From positions 1 through 64,000 of the forward strand of contig NW_026781489.1 in the NCBI RefSeq assembly GCF_030144855.1: DNA of 64,000 bases. The letters run 5' to 3'. A program made the position numbers and the translations under genes. Shown here piece by piece: positions 38,420 to 51,500 of the stretch (its first letter is position 1; each line of letters starts with the position of its first letter). The notes beneath the pieces are model-generated. The model searched no databases. It worked only from the letters and a program-made list of their open reading frames with translations, and was not told the origin of the DNA. Source of the DNA: Hypanus sabinus (taxonomy: Eukaryota).

Positions 38420-38510
38420 ACATTCGGATCTGATGACAGTGCTAATTAAATTCGGATCTAATGACCCTGCTGTTTGCATGCGAATCTGTTGATCCTGCAG
38501 TCTGCATTCA
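38420..38510. repeat. 28-bp minisatellite, left part
   Basis: Three degenerate units of ttcggatctgatgaccctgctgtttgca. Confidence 0.75.
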
Positions 38511-40611
38511 ATAGAGAATAGATAATAGTGCAGGATTAGGCCATTCGGCCCTTCGAGCCAGCACCGTCATTCAATGTGATCATGGCTGATCATCCATAAT
38601 TAGTAGCCTGTTCCTGCCTTCTCCCCATGACCCCGCTATCTTTAAGATCCACAACTCTCTGGGTGAAAAAGGTTTTCCTGAACTCCTTTCCAAATGGACT
38701 ACCCATTATTCTTAAACTGTGGCCTTTGGTTCTGGTCTCCCCCAATATCGAGAACATGTTTCCTGCCTCTAGCGTGTTCAATCTGTTAATAATCTTAGAT
38801 GTTTCAATCAGATCCCCTCTCATCCTTCTAAATTCCAGTGTATACAAGACTAGTCGCTCCAATGTTTTATCATATGAGAGTCCCGCCATCCCGGGAATAA
38901 AACTCGTTAACCTGCGCTGCACTCCCTCAATAGCAAAAATGTCCTTCCTCAAATTTGGTGACCAAAACTGATCAAAGTACTCCAGGTGTGGTCTCACCAG
39001 AGCCCTATAGAACTGTTGAATGACCTCTTTGCTCCTACCCTCAACTCCTTTTGTTATGAAGGCCAACATGCCATTAGATTTCTTCACTGCCTGCTGTACC
39101 TTCATGACTACTTTCAGTGACTGATGTACAAGAACACCTAGATCTCGTTGTACTTCCCCTTTTCCTACCCTGACTCAATTCCGATAGTAATCTGCCTTCT
39201 TGTTATTGCCACCAAAGTGGATAACATCACGTTTATCCATATTAAACGGCATCTGCCATGCAACTGCCCACTCGCACAACCTGTCCAAGTCTCCCTGCAT
39301 TCTCCTAACATTCTCATCAAATTTCACACTGCCACCCAGCTTTGTGCCATCTGAAAGTTTGCTCATGTTACTTTTAATCCCTTCATTTAAATCATCAATG
39401 TATATTGTAAATAGCTGCAGTCCCAGTCCCAGTAGCCTTGCGGTACTCCAGTAGTCAACGCCTGCCATTCTGAAAAGGACCCGTTAATCATCACTCTTTG
39501 TTTCCTGTCTGCCAACCAATTTTCTGTCCATGTTAATGACCTACCCTCAGTGCCATGTGTTCTAATTTTTCTCACTAATCTCCTATGCGGGACCTTATCA
39601 AAGGCTTTCTGAAAGTCAAGGTACGCTACATCCAGCGGCTCTCCCTTGTCCATTTTCATAGTTACATACTCAAAAAATTCCAGAAAATTAGTCAATCATC
39701 ATCTCACCTTTATAAATCCATGGTGACTCGAACCAACCCTGTTACTGCTACCCAAATGTACCGCTATCTCATCTTTAATAATTAACTCCAGCAACTTCGC
39801 CACCACTGCTGTCAGGCTAACGTCTATAATTCCCTGTTTTCTCTCCCTCCTTTCATTAAAAGTGGGATAACATTAGCTACCTTCCAATCCTCACGAACTG
39901 ATTCTGAATCTATAGAACATTGGAAAATGACAACCAATGCTTCCACGATTTCTTGAGCCACCTCCTTAAATACCCTGTGCTGCAAACCATCTGGCCCTGG
40001 AAATTTATTAATCTTCTGTTCCATCAGTATACCAAACATCATATTGTGCCTAAAGTGAACTTCCTTCACTTGCTCTGATAGCCTAGGTCCTCTGGCCTCT
40101 ATTACATCTGGGAGATTGTCTATGTCTTCCCTAGTGAAGACATTTCCAAAGTAACTGTTCAACTTTTCAGTCATTTCCATGTTCCCCATAATAAACTCAC
40201 CCGTTTCTGCATTCAAGGGCCCAACTTTGGTCCTAATAATCCTCTTCACATACCTAAAGAAGCTTTTATTATCCTCCTTTATATTCTTGGCTAGCTTACC
40301 TTCGTACCTCATATACTTTGTCCGTATTGCCTTCTTAGTTATCTTCTGTTGCTCCTTAAAAGTTTGCTAATCCTCTGTCTTCCCGCCCATCTTTGCTATG
40401 CTATATTTTTAAAGTGTCCTTGATTTCCTTTGTTAACCACGATCGCCCACTACTCCCCTTAGAATCTTTCTTCCTCTTTGGAATGAAATGATCCTGCACC
40501 TTCTGTATTATTCCCAGAAATACCTGCAATTATTGCTCAACTGTCATCCCTGCTAGGGTATCCTTCCAGTAAACTTTGGCTAGTTCCTCCCTCATGGCTC
40601 CATAGTACCCT
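38511..40611 (-). mobile_element. 5'-truncated CR1 LINE inserted into the minisatellite
   Basis: ORFs 38590-39105, 39387-39695 and 39824-40312 carry LDFQKAFDKVPH, LVRPHLEY..QFWSP and KFPGPDG. Confidence 0.93.
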
Positions 40612-40775
40612 ATTCAGATCAGATGATCCTGCTGTTTGCATTCGGAAATGATAATCCTGCTGTTTGCATTCGGATTTGATGAGCCCGCTGTTTGCATTTG
40701 GATTTGATAACCCCGCTGTTTGTATTCGGAGCTGATGACCCCGCTGTTTGCGTTCGGATCTGATGACTCTACTCT
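40612..40775. repeat. 28-bp minisatellite, right part (~6 units)
   Basis: Units such as ttcggatttgatgagcccgctgtttgca. Confidence 0.85.
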
Positions 40776-41159
40776 GTGGGATTGTGATTCTAAATTTCAG
40801 CAAATTTGCTGATATTTTCTTACCATTCTTGAAGCTGAAAATATTTGAATTGATAAAGTGTGACAGCTTCTGTATTATATTGAGTTGCACTCCAGTTGTG
40901 CTGTATAACGTTATTTCTGTGTGTTTCGAATTCATATAAAATACATCACTATTCAGAGCAGAAAAAAATAGGCGTGATGCATTTTTGTTTATTTTTGTTC
41001 TGATTTTTATTCTTACTAAAATGTGATTAACGATGATTTTCGTCTTTTCAGATTTTCTCCGACACCGGAATCTCCGAAAACACGTACAGCGTGAATTATT
41101 TGAATGATTCACTCTGCGTGCGGCTCCATCCATTTCGATATTTCAAATGTTTTAAAGAA

Positions 41160-41191
41160 AAGTAATTCACCAGATGCAGGAAATCCAATGC

Positions 41192-41227
<36 letters not shown>

Positions 41228-42055
41228 ATGCCGTATAAATGCAGCAGGGCGGGCAGAATTTAAGGAAAAATATAAGCGGTTGGCGTGTTGGGCCGAGACT
41301 TTTTTCAAGTCTGGAGAGCAAGGGGGAGACGCCAGAATAAAAAAGCGTGAGGAGCGGAAGGTGATCGATGAAGCCAGGTGAAAAACGAAGGGCTGGAGCG
41401 GAAGGAAGCTCATCAGAGAGCACAGTGGAGTAAAGGAAAACCGGAAGCTTTTAAGGAAGGGTGTGAGGTGATGCGCGGGTGTGAATGGGCATGAAGCCAG
41501 AGCAATGAATAGAAGAAGAGGGGTGGGGGGGGTTATTTTTTATCGAAAATCATGATACGAGTTTGGAGGTCAACTAGATGGAAAATAAGTTGTCGCTCCT
41601 GCGTCTTGAGGTCAGCCTCACCGTGGCACAAGCGGAAACAATGGACCAAACATGTCCGATCGGGAATGGGAATCCGAATTAAAATTAAAAGCTCGGCTTT
41701 TTACGAATGGAGCTGTGATGCTCGACGAAATGAGTCCCGGTTTGTCCCGGGTCTCAGCAATGTACAGAAGGCCGCACCAAGTGCTCCAGACACAACAGAC
41801 GACCACAGCAGATTCAGAGGTGAAATGCTGCCTTACCTGGAGGGAACTGTGTGGGGACTGCACTAATGGTGAGGAAAGAGATGAATGCGCGGGTGTAGCG
41901 CTTTGGGTGCTTGCAGGGATAAGTCCCGCGAGGGAGAAAGATGCGGAAGGCTGAATGAACCTGGGGATTATGGAGAGAACGATCCCTGTGGAAAGCCGTA
42001 GATGAGGTTGTGAGGTAATGATATCTTTGTCCTATTCTGTTCCAAATGGGCATCA
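41160..42055 (-). mobile_element. Penelope-like element 3' portion (GIY-YIG region and tail) with (CA)n at 41192-41223
   Basis: QVRQHFT.ES..VVCCV....CGLLYI.ETR (GIY-YIG-like) and AFHRDRSL; degenerate tail at 41160-41320. Confidence 0.8.
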
Positions 42056-42737
42056 CCCCATCCAAGGCCCATAATAGTGTGAAATTTTCCGAGACGACCA
42101 GCAGTAAAGCGGGGCATTTCCTGCGGCTCAGTATCCCCGGGTCTCTGGAACTCTGACCAGTGTTGGGACCCCGGAGTCTCCCGCGGTCTCTACTGGCTAG
42201 TTGATTGATCCAGATGGTAAAAGCATTGAGCAGGATAAGGGCGAGGAATAGGATCAGAGTCGAAAAAACGGAACGAAGTACATCGATTACTGTCCAGACA
42301 AGGGACCCCCGTAATTCTCATCTCTGCATGCAAGGCCACGCTATGTTAGAGGAATTATAGACATCTTGGACCATGAAGAGCTAGAAAACGTTCTTTAAAC
42401 AACTCAGTGCAGTCACTGTGCTCAGAACCACAGCCGCCGTTCTCCCAGTCCAATACTTAGCGTTTAGATCCTGGAAGCAAATGGCCACAAATCGATCAAA
42501 GGTGAAGGCGACGGTGAATCAAACAGAGCAATCTGTGGCGGCCTGCAATAAGAAGACGTGGGTTCTACACACGCGGACGTAAAGGAACGGAAAATCATTT
42601 CGAAAAGCCATCGGACTTTTCATCAATATAACGTCGAGGAAACCGACAGTTCGGTCTGCCGTTGACACGGCCAAAAGTGACAGTTTTAGTTTTTGCACTC
42701 TGTCCCCGTGATAGTATGACAATCGTCAGCACGTTCA
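42056..42737 (-). pseudogene. GPR139-like GPCR pseudogene, 3'-truncated by the Penelope element
   Basis: NVLTIVILSRG..; VCRTHVFLLQAATDCSV*FTVAFTFDRFVAIC; WPC in ECL2; RDP.I.SRRK...LLLVVS.NFTLLW; several stops and a frameshift. Confidence 0.85.
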
Positions 42738-43564
42738 GTGCGAAAAGCAGATCTACAGAAATTAGACATCAAATGAGAGCACGTATGTGCCAGTGTCTGC
42801 TTTATCACCCCAATATATCAGCTTCCATCTTCATCTTTAGCAGCACTATCTCCGCACTTACCTCTCCTTGCATAAAAAAAACTATAACCACCCACCCGCT
42901 ATATTTTTTCCCGTCATATTAGTCATTTCCGTCCGGGAAAAAAAAAAGACACAAGTGGTTGAGTCTACCTATGCCTCGTACGGTCCCATACAGCCCTATC
43001 AAGTCACCTCTCATCCTGCAAAGAGGTAAGCCCCTGCACGCTCCAGTGCTTTCCAATCCAGAACGGTTCGATTATTGCTTCGCAGCAGCAATGTATCAAC
43101 CAACATCAAGAACTCATGTTTTCCCGTCATTATGCCATAGAATAAACAATTTTAACCCTTAGATACTGTTCGGCTCACATTTGGCAAGTTTTGAAATTTG
43201 GCAGCGGTAAAAACACCATAAATGCTATTTCAGCCGAAATTTGATGAGCTTTCCTAAAGTAACCCAAATTGCACGAAAATGGAAATATTTAATAATGTTA
43301 TAATTTTGTACAGGTGCGAAACATTTTTTGTACATTGAGGATGCTCCTGGGCAAATTTGGCCCGTACCTATTGAATTGGATTTTGGATCTTTGAAACATT
43401 AATTAAGTATTACTGTACATTGAAGCTGTTCCGGGGATATTTATACATTTTTGTCAGCACAGTACAGACCCTTCAGCCCTCCATGTTGTGCAGACCCATA
43501 CAATCCTTTAAAAAAAGTACTAAACCTATACTACCCCATAACCCTCTATTTTCTTAATCTTTTA

Positions 43565-44310
43565 GACTCCAGCACCAATATAAGGGCAGGGATGTAATGT
43601 TGAGGCTCGATACGGCACCCGTGAGACAACACTTGAAGTATTCAATGTAGCTTAGGGATCCTTAATTTAGAAATGATATACTGAAATTGGGGAGGGTTCA
43701 GAAAAGATTCCTGAGAATTATTCCAGGAATAAAATGGTTACTGTATGAGCAATGTCTGGCTGCTCGTGGCCTGTATTCCGTGGAGTTGTGAAAAATGACG
43801 GGGGAAACATATGTTCAAATGCCTGAACAGATTAGAAATAGCGAGGTTAATTCCCATGGTAGGGGATTCTAGGAAAAGAAGGCATGATTTCAGGATTGAA
43901 GAACATCCATTTAGAACTGAGATGCGGAGACATTACTTTAGTCAGACGATGATAAATCTGCAGAATTTGTTGCCACAAGCAAGAAGGGCAAGTCGTTGGG
44001 TGTTTTTAAGGCGGAGATAGATGGGGTCTTGATTAGCCAGGGCATCAAAGAGTATGGGGTGTAAAAAAAAGGGGGAGTGGATTTGACTGGATGAAGTGGA
44101 TCAGACTATGATTGAATATCGGAACAGACTCGATGGGCCAAATGGCCTACTTCTGCTCCTATATCTTATCTTATGGAATTAAGCAAATGGGTGAAAAGAC
44201 ATGTAGTTGAAGATGAGTCCATGGTCAGATTGCCATGAACTTATTGAGTGGCGGAACAAGCTCGATAAGCCAAATGACCTACTCCTGCTCCTATTTCTTA
44301 ACTTTTTTTT
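43565..44310 (+). mobile_element. CR1 3' fragment(s) with tails
   Basis: RVQKRFLRIIPG; FRTEMRRHYFSQ; tail cctacttctgctcctatatcttatcttatgg. Confidence 0.8.
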
Positions 44311-44419
44311 ATTACGCTCATTGCTCATCTGATTACATTTGTTTAGCATATCCAGAGGTATTCTCTTCTCATACCCAACAACAATTTACCGAACAATTCA
44401 ACTGCCGGTTTTTCCCTTA

Positions 44420-44850
44420 TCCTTGTATTTTCGGCAAATTCGAGTATTATGGATGTAATTCTGAGGCTTTATAAAGCTGATATGTGTTATGGCCTTCTGA
44501 TATGTTCGCGTAGAAACACAGTCCAATCAATTTCTGCTCTCCGGTGATCAGTAGTCTGTAACAGCTGACTCTGGTTGTCGCGGACTGCAATCCCCAGTAT
44601 CATGATAAATATCTCTCAGATGCTGAGGCACCAACGAAATAGTGGATTTTCTTTTTCATATTTCTGCCCCTGCTTCCTTCCTTTGCGCCATTTTCTCTGG
44701 TCACAAACGCGGAGCGGGGGTGGTTTGTGGGACTGATAACAATAGTACTGGGTTGTTTGCTTGCATGCTGGCAGGAGATGTTTGAAAGTGTGCTGCAGAT
44801 CATCGTCAGAATGATGCAGGGATGAGTAACTATGTACAGCACCAACGTCC
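44420..44850 (-). pseudogene. Highly degenerate GPR139-like fragment (TM5-TM7)
   Basis: Frameshifted reading gives PCIILTMICS-TFKHLL.A.K ... KRKSTISL-LSI*.IFIM, paralleling TVRHIL.ASR and NRRKSIVLL in the paralogues. Confidence 0.35.
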
Positions 44851-46649
44851 TATTTCAAATCTAGCCCCTGTTTACGATTTATTTCTGAATGGGAATTTCT
44901 ATCTGCTTTGGACACATTCGATCTCCAGTGTTACGTTTCTTTTCTGATAATAAGTTTTGGCGTTGCACACAAAGTGTTTAAAAATCAGTATACATTTTAC
45001 TCAATCCTCCCACTTACTTAGCACTTATTCTATTCACAAGCCTTCTAAAACTCATTCAAATGCACTATTTACACGCTTCCCGCCGCCACCCTCTTCGGCA
45101 AAATGTTGACTTCTCATTAAGATGGACGGATTCATCACATCATGTAAAAGACGATACTTCGAATCAGTCCCTGTGCATTTCAGCTTGCTGTCGCCATTCT
45201 AACCAATTCTCAATTTAGCATTCTTTTGCGCTGGTTTCGTTTACGTTCGTTGACTCACTTTGTCCCATGTGTAATCATCCAAATCTTTATCGCAGCGTTT
45301 TTATTTTCCTTCATAAGGCCGTGATCAGCGAACTCTCCAACTAGGATAATTCCGCCTTACCCCCTTCTCCATCAGAACACTAAAAATGCAAGTTCTGTGG
45401 GTAATGTTATAGTAATGGGGAACTTTAGTTTCCCAAATACTGAGTGAGAATACTGAGTGGCTAATGGATTACAAGAAATTTAATTCATTTAGTTATTGAA
45501 TTGTTATATTTGGACACCAACAAGAGGGGAGTTCTGTCTAGATTTGTAATTCTGTAACAATCAGGATATAAGTTTGAGTAAGGAAGATGTTGAACACTTT
45601 GGAACAAGCGATCTTAAAATTCTTAGTCTCGATTTTTTTCGGAGAGTATCTCAATAAAAAACAAATATATTAAATTGAATTTTATAAACATTTGTGCAGA
45701 GGAAGCTAGGATTTCAGAAGGTGGACTGGAATGAACTGATTGACGTTGAGTAAGTTGAGGAAGAATGGGGTCGATTTAAAATGGTAATATACGCTCTGCA
45801 GGAAGCATTCAAACCCAATGTCGTAAAAAGCAAAACTATCAATAGATCAGAATACAAAATTCAAAGTAAAATTTATTACCAACGTACAAACACGTCACGA
45901 TAAAAAAACTGAGATTCGTTTTTGCCGGCATTGTAGCTAATTTATAGACGTGTACATGGATGAACAAAGTTATACGCAAAGGATCGAAGAACAATTAGCG
46001 ATATAAAGATTAGAGGAAAGATAGTACTGATGTTAACCGTAGGGTGTATGGAAATATGGGAGCTATAGCCAAGTGGAAAATTCGGAGCGCCAAAATTAAG
46101 TGAAGAAAGATATTGCTGATAACAATAAAATTGAACCAACAGACCTTTTCCCTATAAATTAGTAATAAAAGAAGTCAAGGAGAAAGTTATGTTTATTAGG
46201 AATAATAGAGTGGTGTTAAATTATGCAGCAAAGGATACAGCGGATTCTCCTAAATCATATTTTGCTACATTGTTCATCTGTAAAAATGTTAGAAATATGC
46301 CAGCAAGTGCAGAGAAATATAAGGTTGTTTTAATATTGGCCAGAAGAAGCTGCAGTCTAATCAAGGACAGGGGCGGTACACAAACCAGTAGTCGTTGCTT
46401 CGCTCCTGTTTGTGGACTGTGAACTGATTTTTACTATTGCATAATCTAGTCGGAATATATGAATGTGAACACAAGACACTTTCGTTAATGACCTTCTAAT
46501 TCTGAGACCACACCCAGGCATGTAAAGGCATGCTATTGAAAGGGTGTGGACTCTAAACTGAATTTGGCCCTGAGACAATCTAATCAGAGCAACTGAATTT
46601 GGTTACAAGGGACTTCAGTTAATGATCTGCTAAATTTGAGACTGTTCTC

Positions 46650-47675
46650 CAGGTGATCTGGATGATGGGGTGGTAAATTGGATAAGTAAATATGCAGATG
46701 ATACTAAGGTAGGTGGTGTTGTGGATAATAAAGTACGTTTTCAAAGCTTAAAGAGAGATTTAGGCCAGTTAAAAGAGTGGGCTGAACGATGGCATATGGA
46801 GTTTAATGCTGATAAGTGTGAGGTGGTATATTTTGGTAGGAATAATTCAAATAGGACATACATGGTAAATGGTAGGGCATTGAAGAATGCAGTAGAACGG
46901 AGCGATCTAGGAAAAATGGTGCATAGTTCCCTGAAGGTGGAATTTCATGTGGATAGAGTGGGGAAGAAAGCTTTTGGTATGCTGGCCTTTATAAATCAGA
47001 GCATCGAGTAAAGGAGTTGGGATGTAATGTTAAAATTATATAAGGCATTGGTAAGGCCTGATGAAGTGTCTCGGCCCGAAACGTTGGCTACTCGTTTCTC
47101 ACGGATGCTGCCTGACCTGCTGAGCTCTTCCAGCATAAGGTACGTATACACTGGTAAGGCCGACTTTGGAGTATTGTGTACAGTTCTGGTCACAGAGAAG
47201 ATTTACTAGAATGTTACCTGGGTTTCTACACCTAAATTACAGGAAAAGGTTGAACAAGTTAGATCTTTATTCTTTGGAGCGTAGAACGTTGAGGGGGGAC
47301 TTGATAGTGGTATTTAAATTTATAAGGTGGATAGATAGAGTTGACCTGGATAGGCTTTTTTTCCATTCAGAGTTAGAGAGATTCAAACAAGAGGACATGA
47401 GTTGAGAGTTAGGGGGCAAAAGTCTAAGGGTAACATGTGGGAGAATACTCAGAGAGTGGTAGCTCTGTGGAACGACGTTCCATTAGAAGTGATAGAGGCA
47501 GGTTCGGTATTGTCATATAGAGTAAAATTGGATAGGAATATGGACAGGAAAGGAATGGAGGGTTATGGGCCGAGTGCGGACCAGTGGGACTAGATAAGAG
47601 TAAGCGTTCGGCACGGACTAGAAGGGCCGAGATGGCCTGTTTCCATGCTGTATTTGTTATATGGTTATATAGTAA
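46650..47675 (+). mobile_element. CR1 3' portion (RT C-terminus and tail)
   Basis: ISKYADDTKVGG; W.MEFNADKCEV; KKAFGMLAFI; EYCVQFWS; tail ctgtatttgttatatggttata. Confidence 0.92.
47059..47151 (+). mobile_element. Short Penelope-tail/hammerhead module inserted in CR1 with a 10-bp TSD
   Basis: TGGTAAGGCC at 47049-47058 and 47152-47161; insert begins (c)tgatgaagtgtctcggcccgaaacgtt. Confidence 0.75.
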
Positions 47676-48530
47676 TAACTAGGCATTATGTAATATGTTG
47701 TACTCACTATCGAAACAATCTGTAATCTCCTTGCCTCATTTAACTGGTTAGGACAAGTCACCTTTTTAAGAGACAGATACGCAAGGCTATGAAATAGTGA
47801 TGGTTGAGCCCTGTGCAATGACCAGTAAGAAGGTGACGCAGTTAGAGCAGGTGACCTTGAGCCAATGAGATACAGATCCAAAAGTTCAATTGATGAGCAA
47901 CCCTATTCGTGACATAAGGGGGCGTCGGGAGCGGACCCAAATGCAAGACAGAGACACAGAAGTACTAGGAAACGGACTAGGTTTATCGAGATAGCAAAGT
48001 GAATAAGGAAGAAACGACGCTGGACATTGACACAGGTCGTGGACCAGACTAGGCATGGGCTAGGACTTGGACTAGAAAGACGTGTCCAGGACGGGGAACT
48101 AGGAAGGAGGAGCGAGGAGCCTGGACAAGGAACACGGAACTCCGGAACTAGAGCCTGCACAAGGATCTGGAAACTGGGTCTTCGTTGCGACTCGGAATCG
48201 GAAGCCGGGTCGAGGCTAGGAATCGGGACTAGGATCTTGGCAAGGACTGGACTTGGCTATATGACCGTACGTGATACCTCAGCACATGACGAGGAACCTC
48301 CCAACACCGGGCTGGGCGAGGAACGCCTGGGCTGAGGGAGACACCGGAGTTGGGTGAGGACACGAAGCTCAGATTTGGACAGTGCTGGAAAACTGCGCCT
48401 GGACTTGGTGTCAGAACACAGAAACAGGCCTCGGACTTGAACTGGATGCTCAGACTCTTGGACGTGGACTGGACCCTCAGAGCCTGGGACTTGTAATTGT
48501 GGACAACTCCAAGGCAGGGCAAGGTACTCC

Positions 48531-51500
48531 ATAAAAGTGCGAAGTTCTCCAGGACAGGGCGAGTTACTCCAGGACAGTGCGAGTTACTCCAGGACAGGGC
48601 GAGTTACTCCAGGACAGGGCGAGTTACTCCAGGTCAGGACGAGGTACTCCAGGAATGGACGAGATAATCCAGGAATGGACGAGGTACTCCAGGACAGGTC
48701 AAGGAATTCCAGGACATGACGAGGTACTCCAGGAATGGACGAGGTTCTCCAGGACATGAAGAGGTACTCCAGGTCAGGACTAGGAACTCCAGGACAGGGC
48801 GAGTTACTTCAGGACAGTGCGAGGTACTCCAGGACAGTGCGAGGTAATCCAGGACAGTGTGAGGTACTCCAGGACAGGACGAGGTTCTCCAGGACAGGGC
48901 GAGGTACTCCAGGACAGGACGAGATACTCCAGGACAGGACGAGGTACTCAAGGACATGACGAGGTACTCCAGGAAAGAGCGAGGTTCTCCAGGACAGGAC
49001 GAGGTACTCCAGGACAGGGCGATATACTCCAGGACAGGGCGAGTTACTCCAGGACAGGACTAGGTACTCCAGGACAGGGCGATGTACTCCAGGACAAGGC
49101 GAGGTACTCCAGGACAGGGCGAGTTACTCCAGGACAGGACGAGGTACTACAGGACAAGGCGAGGTACTCCAGGACAGGGCGGTGTACTCCAGGACAGGTC
49201 TAGGTACTCCAGGACAGGACGAGGTACTCCAGGACAGGACTAGGTACTCCAGGACAGGACGAGGTACTCCAGGACAGGACTAGGTACTCCAGGACAGGGC
49301 GATGTACTCCAGGACAAGGCGAGGTACTCCAGGACAGGGCGAGTTACTCCAGGACAGGACGAGGTACTCCAGGACAGGACGAGGTACTCCAGGACAGGAC
49401 TAGGTACTCCAGGACAGGACGAGGTACTCCAGGACAGGACGAGGTACACCAGGACAGGACTAGGTACTCCAGGACAGGGCGATGTACTCCAGGACAGGAC
49501 GAGATACTCCAGGACATGACGAGGTACTCCAGGACAGGACTAGGTACTCCAGGACAGGACGAGGTATTCCAGGACAGGACGAGGTACTCCAGGTCAGGAC
49601 TAGGTACTTCAGGACAGGACGAGGTACTCCAGGACAGGACTAGGTACTCCAGGAGAGGACGAGGTACTCCAGGACAGGACGAGGTACTCCAGGACAGGAC
49701 GAGGTCCTACAGGACAGGACGAGATACTCCAGGACAGGGCGATGAACTCCAGGACAAGGCGAGGTACTCCAGGACAGGACGAGGTACTCCAGGACATGAC
49801 GAGGTACTCCAGGACATGACGAGGTACTCCTGGACAGGACAATGTACTCCAGGACAGGACAAGGTACTCCAGGACAGGACGAGTTACTCCAGGACAGGAC
49901 GAGGTACTCCAGGACAGGACGAGATACTCCAGGACAGGGCGATGTACTCCAGGACAAGGCGAGGTACTCCAGGACAGGACGAGGTACTCCAGGACATGAC
50001 GAGGTACTCCAGGACATGACGAGGTACTCCCGGACAGGACGAGATACTCCAGGACAGGACGAGATACTCAACAACATGACGAGGTACTCCAGGACAGGAC
50101 GAGGTTCTCCAGGACAGGGCGAGTTACTCCAGGACAGGACTAGGTACTCCAGGACAGGGCGATGTACTCCAGGACAAGGCGAGGTACTCCAGGACAGGAC
50201 GAGGTACTCCAGGACAGGACGAGGTACTCCAGGACAGGACGAGGTACTCCAGGACAGGACTAGGTACTCCAGGACAGGGCGATGTACTCCAGGACAAGGC
50301 GAGGTATTCCAGGACAGGGCGAGGTACTCCAGGACAGGGCGAGGTACTCCAGGACAGGACGAGGTACTCCAGGACAGGACAATGTACTCCAGGACAGGAC
50401 AAGGTACTCCAGGACAGGACGAGTTACTCCAGGACAGGGCGATGTACTCCAGGACAAGGCGAGGTACTCCAGGACAGGACGAGGTACTCCAGGACATGAC
50501 GAGGTACTCCAGGACATGACGAGGTACACCCGGACAGGACGAGATACTCCAGGACAGGACGAGATACTCAACAACATGACGAGGTACTCCAGGACAGGAC
50601 GAGGTTCTCCAGGACAGGGCGAGTTACTCCAGGACAGGACTAGGTACTCCAGGACAGGGCGATGTACTCCAGGACAAGGCGAGGTACTCCAGGACAGGAC
50701 GAGTTACTCCAGGACAGGACGAGGTACTCCAGGACAGGACGAGGTACTCCAGGACAGGACTAGGTACTCCAGGACAGGACGAGGTACTCCAGGACAGGAC
50801 GAGGTACACCAGGACAGGACTAGGTACTCCAGGACAGGGCGATGTACTCCAGGACAAGGCGAGGTACTCCAGGACAGGGCGAGTTACTCCAGGACAGGAC
50901 GAGGTACTCCAGGATAGGACGAGGTACTCAAGGACTTGACGAGGTACTCCAGGACAGGACGAGATACTCCAGGACATGACGAGGTACTCCAGGACAGGAC
51001 TAGGTACTCCAGGACAGGACGAGGTATTCCAGGACAGGACGAGGTACTCCAGGTCAGGACTAGGTACTTCAGGACAGGACGAGGTACTCCAGGACAGGAC
51101 TAGGTACTCCAGGAGAGGACGAGGTACTCCAGGACAGGACGAGGTACTCCAGGACAGGACGAGGTCCTACAGGACAGGACGAGATACTCCAGGACAGGGC
51201 GATGTACTCCAGGACAAGGCGAGGTACTCCAGGACAGGACGAGGTACTCCAGGACATGACGAGGTACTCCAGGACATGACGAGGTACTCCTGGACAGGAC
51301 AATGTACTCCAGGACAGGACAAGGTACTCCAGGACAGGACGAGTTACTCCAGGACAGGACGAGGTACTCCAGGACAGGACGAGATACTCCAGGACAGGGC
51401 GATGTACTCCAGGACAAGGCGAGGTACTCCAGGACAGGACGAGGTACTCCAGGACATGACGAGGTACTCCAGGACATGACGAGGTACTCCCGGACAGGAC

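Noticed and set aside
40612-40775. CTGATGA in the 28-bp minisatellite as a hammerhead array
   Set aside because: No GAAA core half or stem II; only some units have the heptamer.
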